Positions 28,413 to 37,522 of a stretch of DNA of 64,000 nt are shown here, one piece after another (the stretch's first letter is position 1; each line of letters opens with the position of its first letter). Made by a program: the position numbers and the translations under genes. The notes under the pieces were generated by a model. That model was not told the DNA's origin and did no database searches. It saw nothing but the letters and a program-made list of their open reading frames with translations. The DNA comes from Chloroflexota bacterium (GTDB lineage Bacteria; Chloroflexota; JAJPGV01), in assembly GCA_021325635.1 (NCBI GenBank), contig JAJPGV010000034.1:60745-124744 (forward strand), given 5' to 3'.

Positions 28413-31400
28413 TCATGTCTCCGTCCTTACCTCCAGCGCGGCTTCCATCTGCAGGTATGCCCCCTGGAGGGCATCGCGCTGCTCCTGCGAGGGATTTTTC
28501 CACATTCCACGCTCTATGGCTTCGAGCAGCCGCTCGGCGATATTGCGCAGCGCCCAGGGGTTTTTCTCGGCGAAGAAGGCCTGCATCGCCGGGTCCTGGA
28601 CGTAAGCCTGGGTAGTCCGCTCGTACATCCAGTCCTCAACCACCTGGGCCGTGGCGTCGTAGCCGAACAGGTAGTCGACAGTAGCGGCCAGCTCGAACGC
28701 GCCCTTGTAGCCGTGGCGCTTGATCGACTCGATCCACTTGGGGTTGATCACGCGACTGCGAAAGACGCGGCGGGCCTCGTCGTCCAGGTCGCGCACGCGC
28801 ACCAGCGCGGGATTGGCGCTATCCCCGAAGAACTGCCGCGGATTCTTGCCGGTAAGGGCGCGAATCGTGGCGATCATCCCGCCGTGGTACTGCATGTAGT
28901 CGTCGCTGTCGAAGATGTCGTGCTCGCGGTTGTCCTGGTTCTTGGTGGCAATGGAGATCTCGCCGAAGCGCTGCTCGAACTGTGGCCGGGCGGGCTTTCC
29001 GTACTCTTCGCGCGTATACGCGAAGCCGCCCCAGGCGGTGTAGACCTCGGCCAGGTCCTGGTCCGAGGCCCAGTTGCGCGCGTCGAGCAGCGGAAGGATG
29101 CCGGCGCCGTAGGTTCCCGGCTTGCTGCCGAAGATGCGATACAGAGCCTCCGGGGTCGATCCGTCACGGCGATAATGCGCCGCCACAAGATTGCGCTCGT
29201 CGCTCTCGTCCAGGCGGGCCACCAGCCGGAAGGCGTCATCCAGGAGCTGCACCAGGTTGGGGAAGGCGTCGCGGAAGAAGCCGCTGATGCGCACCGTGAC
29301 GTCGATGCGCGGCCGGCCCAGCTCTTCAATGGGGATCAGCTCCACGCCGGTCACGCGGCGGTTCTCCTTCATCCACACCGGCCGTACGCCCAGCAGCCAC
29401 AGGATCTCGGCGACGTCGTCGCCCTGGGTGCGCATGGCCGAGGTGCCCCACACGACGATGCCCACCGACTCGGGGTAGCGGCCCTCCTCGGCCAGGTACT
29501 TGGCCAGCAGCGCGTCCCCGAGCTGACGGCCGATGTCCCAGGCAGCGGGCGACGGCAGGGTCTTGGGATCGACCGAATAGAAGTTGCGCCCGGTAGGCAG
29601 GACGCTGGCCATGCCCCTGGTCGGCGCCCCCGATGGGCCAGGCGGAATGAATCGACCTTCGAGCCCGGCCAGCAGGTTGTCGATCTCCTCGCCGGTTCGC
29701 GCCAGTGCCGGGATCAGGGATTGCTTGACATAAGAACTGGTCGAGCATGCATCCGCCGCGACGGACAGTGCTTGCTCGGCGTCCTGCATGCCGAGAGCGT
29801 CGGCGACGGCCCGGTCCACCGGCTGTCCGTCGACGATCGCCTGCACCAGCTGATGGTTGCGAGCTTCGATGTGCTCGACGGCGTCACCATTGGAGCGCAC
29901 GCCGTCCAACGGAGGCCCGGAATACGGAGCGCCACGGTCGGCCAGCAGCACGGCGTAGTCGGGAATACCCAGCGCCTCGGCCATCGAGCTGCGCAGCGAG
30001 GGGGCCTCGACGTTGTCCAGCCGGGTGAGGGCCAGCAGCAGATCGACCAGCTGTTCGCCTGCCGGCGCCTGCCCGAGGACGTGCAGGCCGTCCCGGATCT
30101 GGGAGTCTTTCAGCTCACACAAGTAGCCGTCGACGTGCAGCAGGAAACCGTCGAAGTCCTCAGGCAGCTCGTCCTCGCCCAGGTCGTGGTGGAGCTGTGC
30201 CTGCACGACTGCATCCCAGATCTGCCCGCGGATGATGGGCGCCTTGCGTGGGTCCAGCGTCTGCACCTGGTAGTACTCGTCCATCAGCTGCTCGATGCGC
30301 ACGATCTCGTTGTAGGCATCGGCGGTCGTCATGGCCGGAATGAGGTGGTCGACGATGGCGGCGTGGCTGCGCCGCTTGGCCTGCGCGCCCTCGCCGGGGT
30401 TGTTGATGATGAACGGGTAGAAATGCGGCAAGTCGCTGATGGCCAGCTCGGGGTAGCAGCTTGGCGACAAGCCCAACGACTTGCCGGGCAGCCATTCCAG
30501 CGTGCCGTGTTTGCCGACGTGCACAATCGCGTCGGCCTGAAAGACGTCACGGATCCAGCGGTAATAGGCCAGGTAGTGGTGCGTCGGCGGCAGATCCGGC
30601 GAGTGGTAGATGGCGATGGGGTTCTCTCCGAACCCGCGCGGCGGCTGCACCCCCAGAAAGACGTTGCCCAGCAAGATCCCAGGCATGGCGAGGGAGGGCT
30701 GACCCCTCTCCGCCAGGAACACCGTTCCGGGCGGAGAGCCCCAGGCTTCGACCAGCTCGCGCTGGTTGGTAGGTGGGAATTGGTCGAACCAGGCGCGATA
30801 CTGCGCCGCGCTGGCGTGGCCGGCGGCGTCCCGGAGCTGCTGCTCGGTAAGCATCTCGCGGTCGTTGGAGCAGCGATCGATGAGCTGGAACACCAGCTCG
30901 TCGCCCGATTCCGGGAGGTCGCCGGTGTCGTACCCAGCCCCTTGCATGGCCTTCAGCACTTCGAGCACCGAGGCCGGCGTATCCAGCCCCACGGCGTTGC
31001 CGATACGGGCGTTCTTGGTGGGGTAGTTGCTGAGCACGAAGGCCACGCGCTTCTGGGCGTTGGGTGTGCGCCGCAGCCTGGCCCAATTGCAGGCCAGGCG
31101 GGCGAAGGCGTCCACGCGCTCGCGGTCGGCCACGTAGCGTAGGACGGGACTGCCCAAGAGCTCATCCTGCGCCAGCTCCTCCTTGAACGACACGGGCACG
31201 GTGATGATGCTGCCGTCGAACTCCGGCAGCGCGACGTTCATGGCCGTGTCGATGGGGCTCAGGCCGGCCGAGCTGCGCTGCCAGGCCTCACGCGAGCTGG
31301 TGCTCACGATGGCTTGAAGCACCGGCACGTCCAGCCGCTGCAGCCACTCCACGGAGCCGGCGCCCATGGAGAAGCTGAGTGTGTTGATGATGGCGTCGAC

Positions 31401-32228
31401 CCTGGCCTCGCGCAGCAGCGGCTCGATCTGGGCTGCGTGCTCCGGCTTGAGTGAATAGACGAAGATCGGCAGCGGCCGGCATCCCAGCTCCTGCAGCCGC
31501 TCCGCCAGCGCATCCACGAAGTCCGTGTTGCCACTCATCCAGTGGGCCCGATAGAACAGGAGGGCAATCGCCGGCGAGAGTGCCGAGTGCCGCGTGCCGG
31601 CGAGAGTGCCGCGTGCGGAGTGCCGGCGAGAGTGCCGAGTGCCGCGTGCCGCGTGCGGAGTGCCGGGCGCCGAGCCTTCTTCCCCGCTGTCAGGCTGGGC
31701 GTCGAGCGAAGCATCCTCGCCCTCCCAGTCGGCGTTCGTGGCCTGGTCGGGCTCGCCAGCTACAGCTCCGGCGCGCTGGTACAGCCCGAACCACGGCAGC
31801 TCGGCGGGCGGCTCAGCGGCCTCTCCGGACAGTCGGAGCAGCAGGTTGCGGACATTGGCCGCGCCGCCGTGGGACACGTAGGCGAAGACCTCGTGCACCA
31901 ACTCAGGAGGGGCTGTGCTGAGCGCGGTCAGCTCCGGGTCCGGGACGGAGTCGCCGGCGCACGCGATGAAGGGCACGTTCCTGCGCACACAGCAGTCGCG
32001 GATCAGGTCGAAGCCCGCCTCCAGCGTCCGGCGGCCGCCCAGCAGGCGCACGACGACGGCGGTCTGGGCGCGTTCCACCGTGTCCGCGACGAAGCGCTGC
32101 AGGACGCGGTCAGAGCTGAGCGAGGCCACGCTGCAGGCGCGGACGGCGGGGACTCCCTTCGGCAGGGCCCGAACCACGTTGGACAGTGTGAGGATGTCGG
32201 TGTCCGCGGTGGTCAAAAAGACGATCAA
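28413..32228 (-). CDS. cobN: Cobaltochelatase large subunit CobN
   Basis: 1271-aa ORF with CobN-like N-terminus (IVFLTTADTDILTL) and length. Apparent TTG start at 32228 preceded by GGGAGAG at 8-nt spacing. Confidence 0.9.
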   Translation of the reverse strand: MIVFLTTADTDILTLSNVVRALPKGVPAVRACSVASLSSDRVLQRFVADTVERAQTAVVVRLLGGRRTLEAGFDLIRDCCVRRNVPFIACAGDSVPDPELTALSTAPPELVHEVFAYVSHGGAANVRNLLLRLSGEAAEPPAELPWFGLYQRAGAVAGEPDQATNADWEGEDASLDAQPDSGEEGSAPGTPHAARGTRHSRRHSARGTLAGTRHSALSPAIALLFYRAHWMSGNTDFVDALAERLQELGCRPLPIFVYSLKPEHAAQIEPLLREARVDAIINTLSFSMGAGSVEWLQRLDVPVLQAIVSTSSREAWQRSSAGLSPIDTAMNVALPEFDGSIITVPVSFKEELAQDELLGSPVLRYVADRERVDAFARLACNWARLRRTPNAQKRVAFVLSNYPTKNARIGNAVGLDTPASVLEVLKAMQGAGYDTGDLPESGDELVFQLIDRCSNDREMLTEQQLRDAAGHASAAQYRAWFDQFPPTNQRELVEAWGSPPGTVFLAERGQPSLAMPGILLGNVFLGVQPPRGFGENPIAIYHSPDLPPTHHYLAYYRWIRDVFQADAIVHVGKHGTLEWLPGKSLGLSPSCYPELAISDLPHFYPFIINNPGEGAQAKRRSHAAIVDHLIPAMTTADAYNEIVRIEQLMDEYYQVQTLDPRKAPIIRGQIWDAVVQAQLHHDLGEDELPEDFDGFLLHVDGYLCELKDSQIRDGLHVLGQAPAGEQLVDLLLALTRLDNVEAPSLRSSMAEALGIPDYAVLLADRGAPYSGPPLDGVRSNGDAVEHIEARNHQLVQAIVDGQPVDRAVADALGMQDAEQALSVAADACSTSSYVKQSLIPALARTGEEIDNLLAGLEGRFIPPGPSGAPTRGMASVLPTGRNFYSVDPKTLPSPAAWDIGRQLGDALLAKYLAEEGRYPESVGIVVWGTSAMRTQGDDVAEILWLLGVRPVWMKENRRVTGVELIPIEELGRPRIDVTVRISGFFRDAFPNLVQLLDDAFRLVARLDESDERNLVAAHYRRDGSTPEALYRIFGSKPGTYGAGILPLLDARNWASDQDLAEVYTAWGGFAYTREEYGKPARPQFEQRFGEISIATKNQDNREHDIFDSDDYMQYHGGMIATIRALTGKNPRQFFGDSANPALVRVRDLDDEARRVFRSRVINPKWIESIKRHGYKGAFELAATVDYLFGYDATAQVVEDWMYERTTQAYVQDPAMQAFFAEKNPWALRNIAERLLEAIERGMWKNPSQEQRDALQGAYLQMEAALEVRTET
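31571..31666. repeat. Imperfect tandem repeat (period about 26 nt, roughly 3.5 copies) inside cobN
   Basis: Units of the form cggcgagagtgccg(agtgccg)cgtgc repeated head to tail; encodes the low-complexity stretch ARGTRHSRRHSARGTLAGTRHSALSP in a CobN linker. Confidence 0.7.
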
Positions 32229-32231
32229 GCG

Positions 32232-32420
32232 TCCAACTCTCCCTTTGTTGCGAAGCTCAGCGAGTTGGTAGCCCGAGGCTGTTTTCTGCCTCTCACAGTA
32301 GCGCCACTGGGCCGGGGTTGCACCGGCTTGCCAGCGCCCGGGCGACGTATTTTGGATTGTACGCGATAGGCCGCCGGCTGCCGGCTGGCACGGCGCTTGC
32401 GTCAGCGCCCACCCAACGCA
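32232..32420 (-). promoter_or_regulatory. Candidate cobalamin riboswitch-like leader upstream of cobN (partial match only)
   Basis: Minus-strand leader contains GGTGCAACCCCGGCCCAGTGGCGCTACTGTGAGAGG, resembling the conserved 5' core of cobalamin riboswitches as I recall it, directly upstream of a B12 operon. A canonical B12-box (GCCAGGAGACCTGCC-like) is not evident. Confidence 0.3.
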
Positions 32421-32445
32421 GCTTTTCAGGAGGACATTGGACCTG

Positions 32446-32844
32446 ATGCAAGCGAACTACAAGCCACTGGAGAAAAAGCTCCTGCAGGAACGCGAGCGCG
32501 TCCAGGGGCTGATGCAGGCCGAAACTGAACATCGCAGCTCGTTGAGTGAGACGGGCGACCTGGAGCGTTACGGCAACCATCCGGGCGACGAAGGCACCGA
32601 GACCTTCGAGAAGGAGAAAAGCCTGGCGCTGCAGAGCAACCTGCAGATCATCCTCGACGAGGTCGAGCATGCGCTGCACAAGCTCGAGGCCGGTACCTAC
32701 GGGACGTGCGACGAGTGCGGCGCCGAGATCCCCTACGAGCGGCTCGAAGTCCGTCCCCAGGCCGCGCTGTGCGTCCGCTGCAAGAGCAAGGTCGAGCACA
32801 CGGTGATGGTCAGCAGTCTGGAGCGAGCCAACAGCACGTTCTGA
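32446..32844 (+). CDS. DksA/TraR family C4-type zinc-finger protein
   Basis: C-x2-C-x17-C-x2-C zinc finger (CDECGAEIPYERLEVRPQAALCVRCKSK) after a coiled-coil-like N-terminus; start taken as ATG 32446 downstream of AGGAGG. Confidence 0.8.
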   Translation: MQANYKPLEKKLLQERERVQGLMQAETEHRSSLSETGDLERYGNHPGDEGTETFEKEKSLALQSNLQIILDEVEHALHKLEAGTYGTCDECGAEIPYERLEVRPQAALCVRCKSKVEHTVMVSSLERANSTF

Positions 32845-32857
32845 GCGGAAAGCGCGC

Positions 32858-32892
32858 AAGAAGGGCCGGGGCGATAACGCCTGGCCCTTCTT
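32858..32892 (+). terminator. Probable intrinsic terminator after the DksA-like gene
   Basis: Perfect 10-bp inverted repeat aagaagggcc / ggcccttctt with a 15-nt loop, ending in a T-rich run, 14 nt after the stop codon. Confidence 0.45.
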
Positions 32893-32895
32893 TGC

Positions 32896-32921
32896 GAGTG
32901 AAGAGTGAAGAGTGAAGAGTG
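32896..32921. repeat. Short tandem repeat (gagtgaa) x3.5
   Basis: gagtgaagagtgaagagtgaagagtg read directly from the sequence, in the intergenic region. Confidence 0.8.
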
Positions 32922-33137
32922 CTGGGCCCGCCCTCCGGGCTGCCATGGGAGTCGAGCGAAGCATTGCCGGCAGGGCGGCCAGCAGCCGCCGGTGGCCTGA
33001 CGGGCGCCGCTTTCCCCTCGGTGGTGCGGTTTTGGGCCCGTCGCCCCCGCGGGTGACGGATGGGGCAGAGCGCGCTGAGCGTCGGTGTGTTAGCGGGGTG
33101 TTAACGATGGGCGGCGGGGACGTATCATGGCGGCGCT

Positions 33138-33953
33138 ATGGAACGTGTTGGACTGATCGGGGCTGGAGCCATTGGCCTGGGCTTCGTGGAACGCCTGAGA
33201 CTGGCTGGGATCGTGCCCACGGTGTATGACGTTGATCCTGCGGCTCGGGACCGGGCGTGCGAGGCGGGCGCTCGCATTGCCACTTCGGCGGCGGCTGCTG
33301 CCCGCGCCGCCACCATCATCGACGTCGTCGTACGGACCGACCAGGACGTGCTGGACTGCATGCTGGCGGCCGACGGCATCCTGGCCGGCGCCGCCGCGGA
33401 CACGCTCGTGCTGCTGCACAGCACCATCCATCCCGATACCACCCGCCAGGTCGCCGCGACCGCCGCCGAGCGCGCCGTGCACGTGCTCGATGCCTGCATG
33501 GTGGGCGTGCCGGACAAGGCCCGCGCCGGCGAGGAGATCTTCCTGCTCGGCGGGCCGGACGATCTGGTCGAGCGCGCCCGGCGGCACCTGCTGCTGCTGG
33601 GCTCCGAGGTGGTCCACTTCGGCCCCTTGACCTCAGGCAACGTGGCCAAGATCGTCAAGAACTCCCTCACCGGGGTACAGACGCTGATGGTTGCCGAGGC
33701 CAGCCGTTTCGCCGCTGCCGGAGGCCTGTCGGAGAGCGCTTTCGATGAGCTGCTGCACCTGTTCCGCCGTACTCCACCCGCTCCACGAGCGGCCAGCGTG
33801 GCGACCTCAAACCCCCGCGGTGGCCAAAACATGTTCGGCAAGGACCTGCCCCTCGCCGCCCAACTCGCGGGCGAGCTTGGGCTCGACCTACCGCTGACCC
33901 AGCATGCCGCAGAGGTTGGATTGAGCCGGCTCGAGCAGGAGAAGGGTGGATAA
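33138..33953 (+). CDS. NAD(P)-binding oxidoreductase, 3-hydroxyisobutyrate / 6-phosphogluconate dehydrogenase-like
   Basis: N-terminal Rossmann motif GLIGAGAIG and HIBADH-like length (271 aa). Confidence 0.8.
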   Translation: MERVGLIGAGAIGLGFVERLRLAGIVPTVYDVDPAARDRACEAGARIATSAAAAARAATIIDVVVRTDQDVLDCMLAADGILAGAAADTLVLLHSTIHPDTTRQVAATAAERAVHVLDACMVGVPDKARAGEEIFLLGGPDDLVERARRHLLLLGSEVVHFGPLTSGNVAKIVKNSLTGVQTLMVAEASRFAAAGGLSESAFDELLHLFRRTPPAPRAASVATSNPRGGQNMFGKDLPLAAQLAGELGLDLPLTQHAAEVGLSRLEQEKGG

Positions 33954-34124
33954 GAGCTGACGGAGGCGTGGTCCTTTTGGTTTTCCCCAATGACCGCGTC
34001 CACGGGCACTCCGGCTCCCATCCTCTCGTCCCCACTTGGGTCTGCGTTGCTCATGAGGCTAAGCTTGTTTCAGCTTCAAGTCGCTGCTTGGTTCAATTCC
34101 AAGCAGGCTCGGGCAGCACAACCG

Positions 34125-34197
<73 letters not shown>

Positions 34198-34277
34198 CAA
34201 AACCGGACAGTCCGTGCTTAGCACGCACACTCATGGGCGGACCGCACTTCCTGGCTCGAAGCTCGCGGAGGCGTGTT

Positions 34278-34829
34278 CTACAGGAAGACCGTGACGGTCT
34301 TGGCCAGCAGCACGTTCTGATCGAGCATGATCTCCCGGCGAGCGATCTGCCAGCTGTCGCCGGCGCGGCGCAGCGTGTCTTTGCGGCGGCCGACGAGAAA
34401 ATCGGTCTCGGTCTCCTGCCGGTTGCGGTAGACGATGAAGCTGCAGGCGATCTTGACCTCGCCGGCCTGTTCGAGGCTTGGCGTGGCCTCGAGCAGGCGC
34501 ACGTTGGACACCACGTGGGTCACGCGCGAGATGGGCTCCTCAGCCCAATGGACGCCGGTGCGGATCTGCCGTACGCGCAGGGCAAGCGTGCCTTTGTCCT
34601 CGTCGAACCAGTTCATGTCGACGTCGGGGCGGGTATTCTCCTGCTCCCATTCGCCGTACTTCACGTTGCGCCGCATGGGCATCCAGTACGCCACGTCGTC
34701 AGACAGCAGGTCCAGCCACTCCTCGTAGCGGCGCTCGTCCAGCAGCTCGGCCTCACGATAGAGGAAGTTCTCGATCTCACGCATGAGCAGCAGCTCGTCC
34801 AGGGAGGCCTTCGATCCGGTGGGCGTCAT
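34278..34829 (-). CDS. Aromatic ring-hydroxylating dioxygenase beta (small) subunit
   Basis: 183 aa with small-subunit-like sequence; 4-nt overlap with the upstream alpha-subunit gene. Confidence 0.85.
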   Translation of the reverse strand: MTPTGSKASLDELLLMREIENFLYREAELLDERRYEEWLDLLSDDVAYWMPMRRNVKYGEWEQENTRPDVDMNWFDEDKGTLALRVRQIRTGVHWAEEPISRVTHVVSNVRLLEATPSLEQAGEVKIACSFIVYRNRQETETDFLVGRRKDTLRRAGDSWQIARREIMLDQNVLLAKTVTVFL

Positions 34830-36205
34830 CGTCCGACCCGCTTCGGGTAGAGATCGCTCCAGCCGGACGCGTCCATGAACTCCGCCCAGCGGCCGTAGAA
34901 GCCGCGCTGGTTCTTCTCCGACGGCACGTCACTGATCAGGCCCGGCGGAAAGTCGCTTGGCTGCCCGCCGCCCAGGCCCATTTCGTAGTTGTAGGGGTAG
35001 CGCCGGGCGATGGTGCCCGCGCTGGCGGAGGTGGCGTAGACCCAGTTCTCCATGTCGTCCTGCTCGGTCATCCCCACTGGCCCCACGCTCAGCTCGTGAT
35101 AGCGCCGCACCAGGTCTTTCAGCTTTTCCGGCGCCTCACGGTCAACGAACACGAAGCGCCACATCTCCGTCTTGGTCGGGCCGTGCGGATGCCACACGGC
35201 CAGCGTGCGCGGCTGCCGCGGCTGAAAGGAGGTATTGGGGAAGATGGTGCTGGCCGATCCCAGCAGCCGCGACATGTTGCCCAGCCGCTGCTGACGCTCC
35301 TCATATTCGCGCTTCAGGTAGTCCTGCAGCTCCGACACGTTGGGGTAGATCGGCGTGTAAGGCTCGTTCTCCAGCATCTGGATGGTCGTGTTGGTTCCGT
35401 GTCCCAGGTCGGGAAAGGACACCGCGTAGCGCTTCGGCCGCGTGGTGCCGTCGTCGGTCCTGCCCTTGCCGCCGGGAGCAATGCCCACGGTATCGACCGA
35501 GCGATGGCTGATGGCGTGGTAGGCGTCACCCACGAAGTTCTCCGCGGCGAACTTCCAATTGCAGGGCACGATCCATTTCTGGATGCCGCCGAGGACCTCG
35601 GCGTCGCCTTCGCGGCCGTCGCGCGAATCCAGCAGCAGGTCCAGATAGACGCGCATGCCACCCAGGTAGTCCGAAAAGGCGGGGGCGTCGGGGTCCCAGC
35701 TGGCCCAGATGCTGCCTTTGTAGTTCTCCATCTGGGCCACCTCGACCAGCCCCCACTTGGGCCTATCGAGCTTCTCGTGGTACGCCTCCCGGAAGTAGGG
35801 GACGCCTACCAGCTTGCCGTCTGTCGCGTAGCCCCAGCCGTGGTACGGGCAGGTGAAGATCGTCGTATTTCCCTGGTCGTAGCGGCACACCTTCATGCCG
35901 CGATGGCGGCAGGTGTTCAGGAACACGTGGATCTGGCCCTGACGATCGCGCGTCAGCAGCACCGACTCCTCACCCATGCGCGAGGAGAAGAAATCGCCGG
36001 GATTTGGGATTTGGCTCTCGTGGCCTATGAACAGCCACGCGCGAGCGAAGACCTGCTCCAGCTCGCGTTTGTAGATTTCATCGGAGACGAAGATCTCGCG
36101 ACTGATCATCCCGGTCGTGACGTCGACCAGGTTGCCCGTGAACTTGCCGTGGGCCGCGCTACCCACGGCTGCCCTCATCGGCGATTCCAACGACGTCGCT
36201 GGCAA
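34826..36205 (-). CDS. Aromatic ring-hydroxylating dioxygenase alpha subunit (Rieske non-heme iron oxygenase)
   Basis: Rieske motif CRHRG-x16-CPYHGW, conserved NWK(F)AAENFVGDAYH catalytic region; 459 aa. Start may be at the internal MRAAV instead. Confidence 0.9.
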   Translation of the reverse strand: MPATSLESPMRAAVGSAAHGKFTGNLVDVTTGMISREIFVSDEIYKRELEQVFARAWLFIGHESQIPNPGDFFSSRMGEESVLLTRDRQGQIHVFLNTCRHRGMKVCRYDQGNTTIFTCPYHGWGYATDGKLVGVPYFREAYHEKLDRPKWGLVEVAQMENYKGSIWASWDPDAPAFSDYLGGMRVYLDLLLDSRDGREGDAEVLGGIQKWIVPCNWKFAAENFVGDAYHAISHRSVDTVGIAPGGKGRTDDGTTRPKRYAVSFPDLGHGTNTTIQMLENEPYTPIYPNVSELQDYLKREYEERQQRLGNMSRLLGSASTIFPNTSFQPRQPRTLAVWHPHGPTKTEMWRFVFVDREAPEKLKDLVRRYHELSVGPVGMTEQDDMENWVYATSASAGTIARRYPYNYEMGLGGGQPSDFPPGLISDVPSEKNQRGFYGRWAEFMDASGWSDLYPKRVGR

Positions 36206-36389
36206 ACACCAGGTCTTCCTCTGAGCTCAGAGCTTCCGAATTTCCCTCTCGCGTTACGTGGCGCACGTACAGCCAGGTACCGTCGCGCGGGTTGCTCGTG
36301 ATCTCGGCTACGCGGCCGCCGGAAAGGTGTACGCGCGTGCCTACCGCGAGATCCTGGATCGTGACGTAGCGCTGGTCTTCGGCCGCCAT
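36159..36389 (-). CDS. Hypothetical small protein (76 aa)
   Basis: ORF between the binding-protein gene and the dioxygenase alpha gene, same strand, balanced composition (MAAEDQRYVTIQDLAVGTRVHLSGGRVAEITSNPRDGTWLYV...). Overlaps the alpha start by up to 47 nt. Confidence 0.3.
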   Translation of the reverse strand: MAAEDQRYVTIQDLAVGTRVHLSGGRVAEITSNPRDGTWLYVRHVTREGNSEALSSEEDLVFASDVVGIADEGSRG

Positions 36390-36402
36390 GCAGTGCTCCC
36401 CC

Positions 36403-37509
36403 TCAGTTCGTCCCCGTCAGGATACCGGCGGCGGGCTTGAGAAAGGCTGCCTGGGCCTTGATGTCCGCCAGGCTGGCCGGATAGACGATCTTGGCCGCGG
36501 GGTTGGACTGCTTGATGAGGGTGGCGACGGGGCTCGTCGGCGAGCTGAAACGTGACGCCTGGCGCAGCTCCAGATACACCTTCATGCCCTCCGATACCTC
36601 CCAGGCGGCGTACAGCCGGGCCGCGTTGGGGTGAGGCGCTTTGGCGGCGATGACGGTGTAGCGGTGGTCGCCCGGGACCACATCCGGCACCACGGCCTGG
36701 ATTGGCTTGCTCTTGCCGATCCCGTCCAGGATCGAAGCGAAGTCGCTTACGCCCATCGGCACCTCGCCGCGCGACACGATGTCCACCAGCTGGCTGGCTG
36801 ATCCCTGCAGCAGCGGCTTATTGGCCGCCACCTGGCGGACCAGCTGCTCCGTCTTTGTCGGCCCCCAATCTGGGCTTACCGACAGGTAGTTGAATGGATA
36901 GCCAAAGGACGAAGCGGCGAACTTGCCGCGATACTTCGGATCAGCTAGGTCGGTCCACTGCTTGGGCATATCGGCCGCCTTCATCTGGTCGCGGTTGAAG
37001 AAGAATCCGTAGCCGCCGTCGTAAAAATTCAGCGCGCCGCCTTTGAACTCCGCGGGCACGGCGCCGGCGGCATCGCTTACGTCCGGCAGCTCCTTCTGGA
37101 AGGGCGCCCAGTCGACCTTGGCCAGGATGCCCCGATCCGTTAGGTCGGGCAGGCTCTCGCTGCCGAAGTTGGGAAACACGTCCCAGTCGAAGCGGTTGCC
37201 CTGTGCTTCTGCCATCATCCGGGTCTGTGCCTCGGGAGCGGAGATGGAGACTGTCTGAATCTTGATGTTGGTCTTGAAACGCACGTTGAATGCTTCCTGC
37301 ACTTTGGGAACGTCGCTATCCAGGGGATACTGCCCCCAGATCACGACGCTGCCCTCCTTGTTGGCGGCGTCCACGATCTGCGCGAGGCTGCCCGCGGGCT
37401 GACTCGCGGCGGCCGAGGCAGAGCCACCCGTGGTTGCGGCGCTTCCGCCGCAACTGGCCAAGGTCAGCGACACGAGGGCGCCAGCCAGGCTGGCAATATG
37501 GCTTTTCAC
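36403..37509 (-). CDS. Extracellular solute-binding lipoprotein (ABC-type, family 1-like)
   Basis: Lipobox (LTLASCGG) and periplasmic binding protein-like sequence; 368 aa. No cognate permease or ATPase genes adjacent. Confidence 0.75.
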   Translation of the reverse strand: MKSHIASLAGALVSLTLASCGGSAATTGGSASAAASQPAGSLAQIVDAANKEGSVVIWGQYPLDSDVPKVQEAFNVRFKTNIKIQTVSISAPEAQTRMMAEAQGNRFDWDVFPNFGSESLPDLTDRGILAKVDWAPFQKELPDVSDAAGAVPAEFKGGALNFYDGGYGFFFNRDQMKAADMPKQWTDLADPKYRGKFAASSFGYPFNYLSVSPDWGPTKTEQLVRQVAANKPLLQGSASQLVDIVSRGEVPMGVSDFASILDGIGKSKPIQAVVPDVVPGDHRYTVIAAKAPHPNAARLYAAWEVSEGMKVYLELRQASRFSSPTSPVATLIKQSNPAAKIVYPASLADIKAQAAFLKPAAGILTGTN

Positions 37510-37522
37510 GAACGCGATGCTC

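Noticed and set aside
27024-31142. 1372-aa plus-strand ORF
   Set aside because: Antisense to cobN and the chlI/chlD fusion; Arg/Gly/Ala-rich low-complexity translation typical of shadow ORFs in high-GC DNA, while the minus-strand products carry clear family signatures.
35096-36301. 401-aa plus-strand ORF
   Set aside because: Antisense to the dioxygenase alpha subunit, which has clear Rieske and catalytic motifs.
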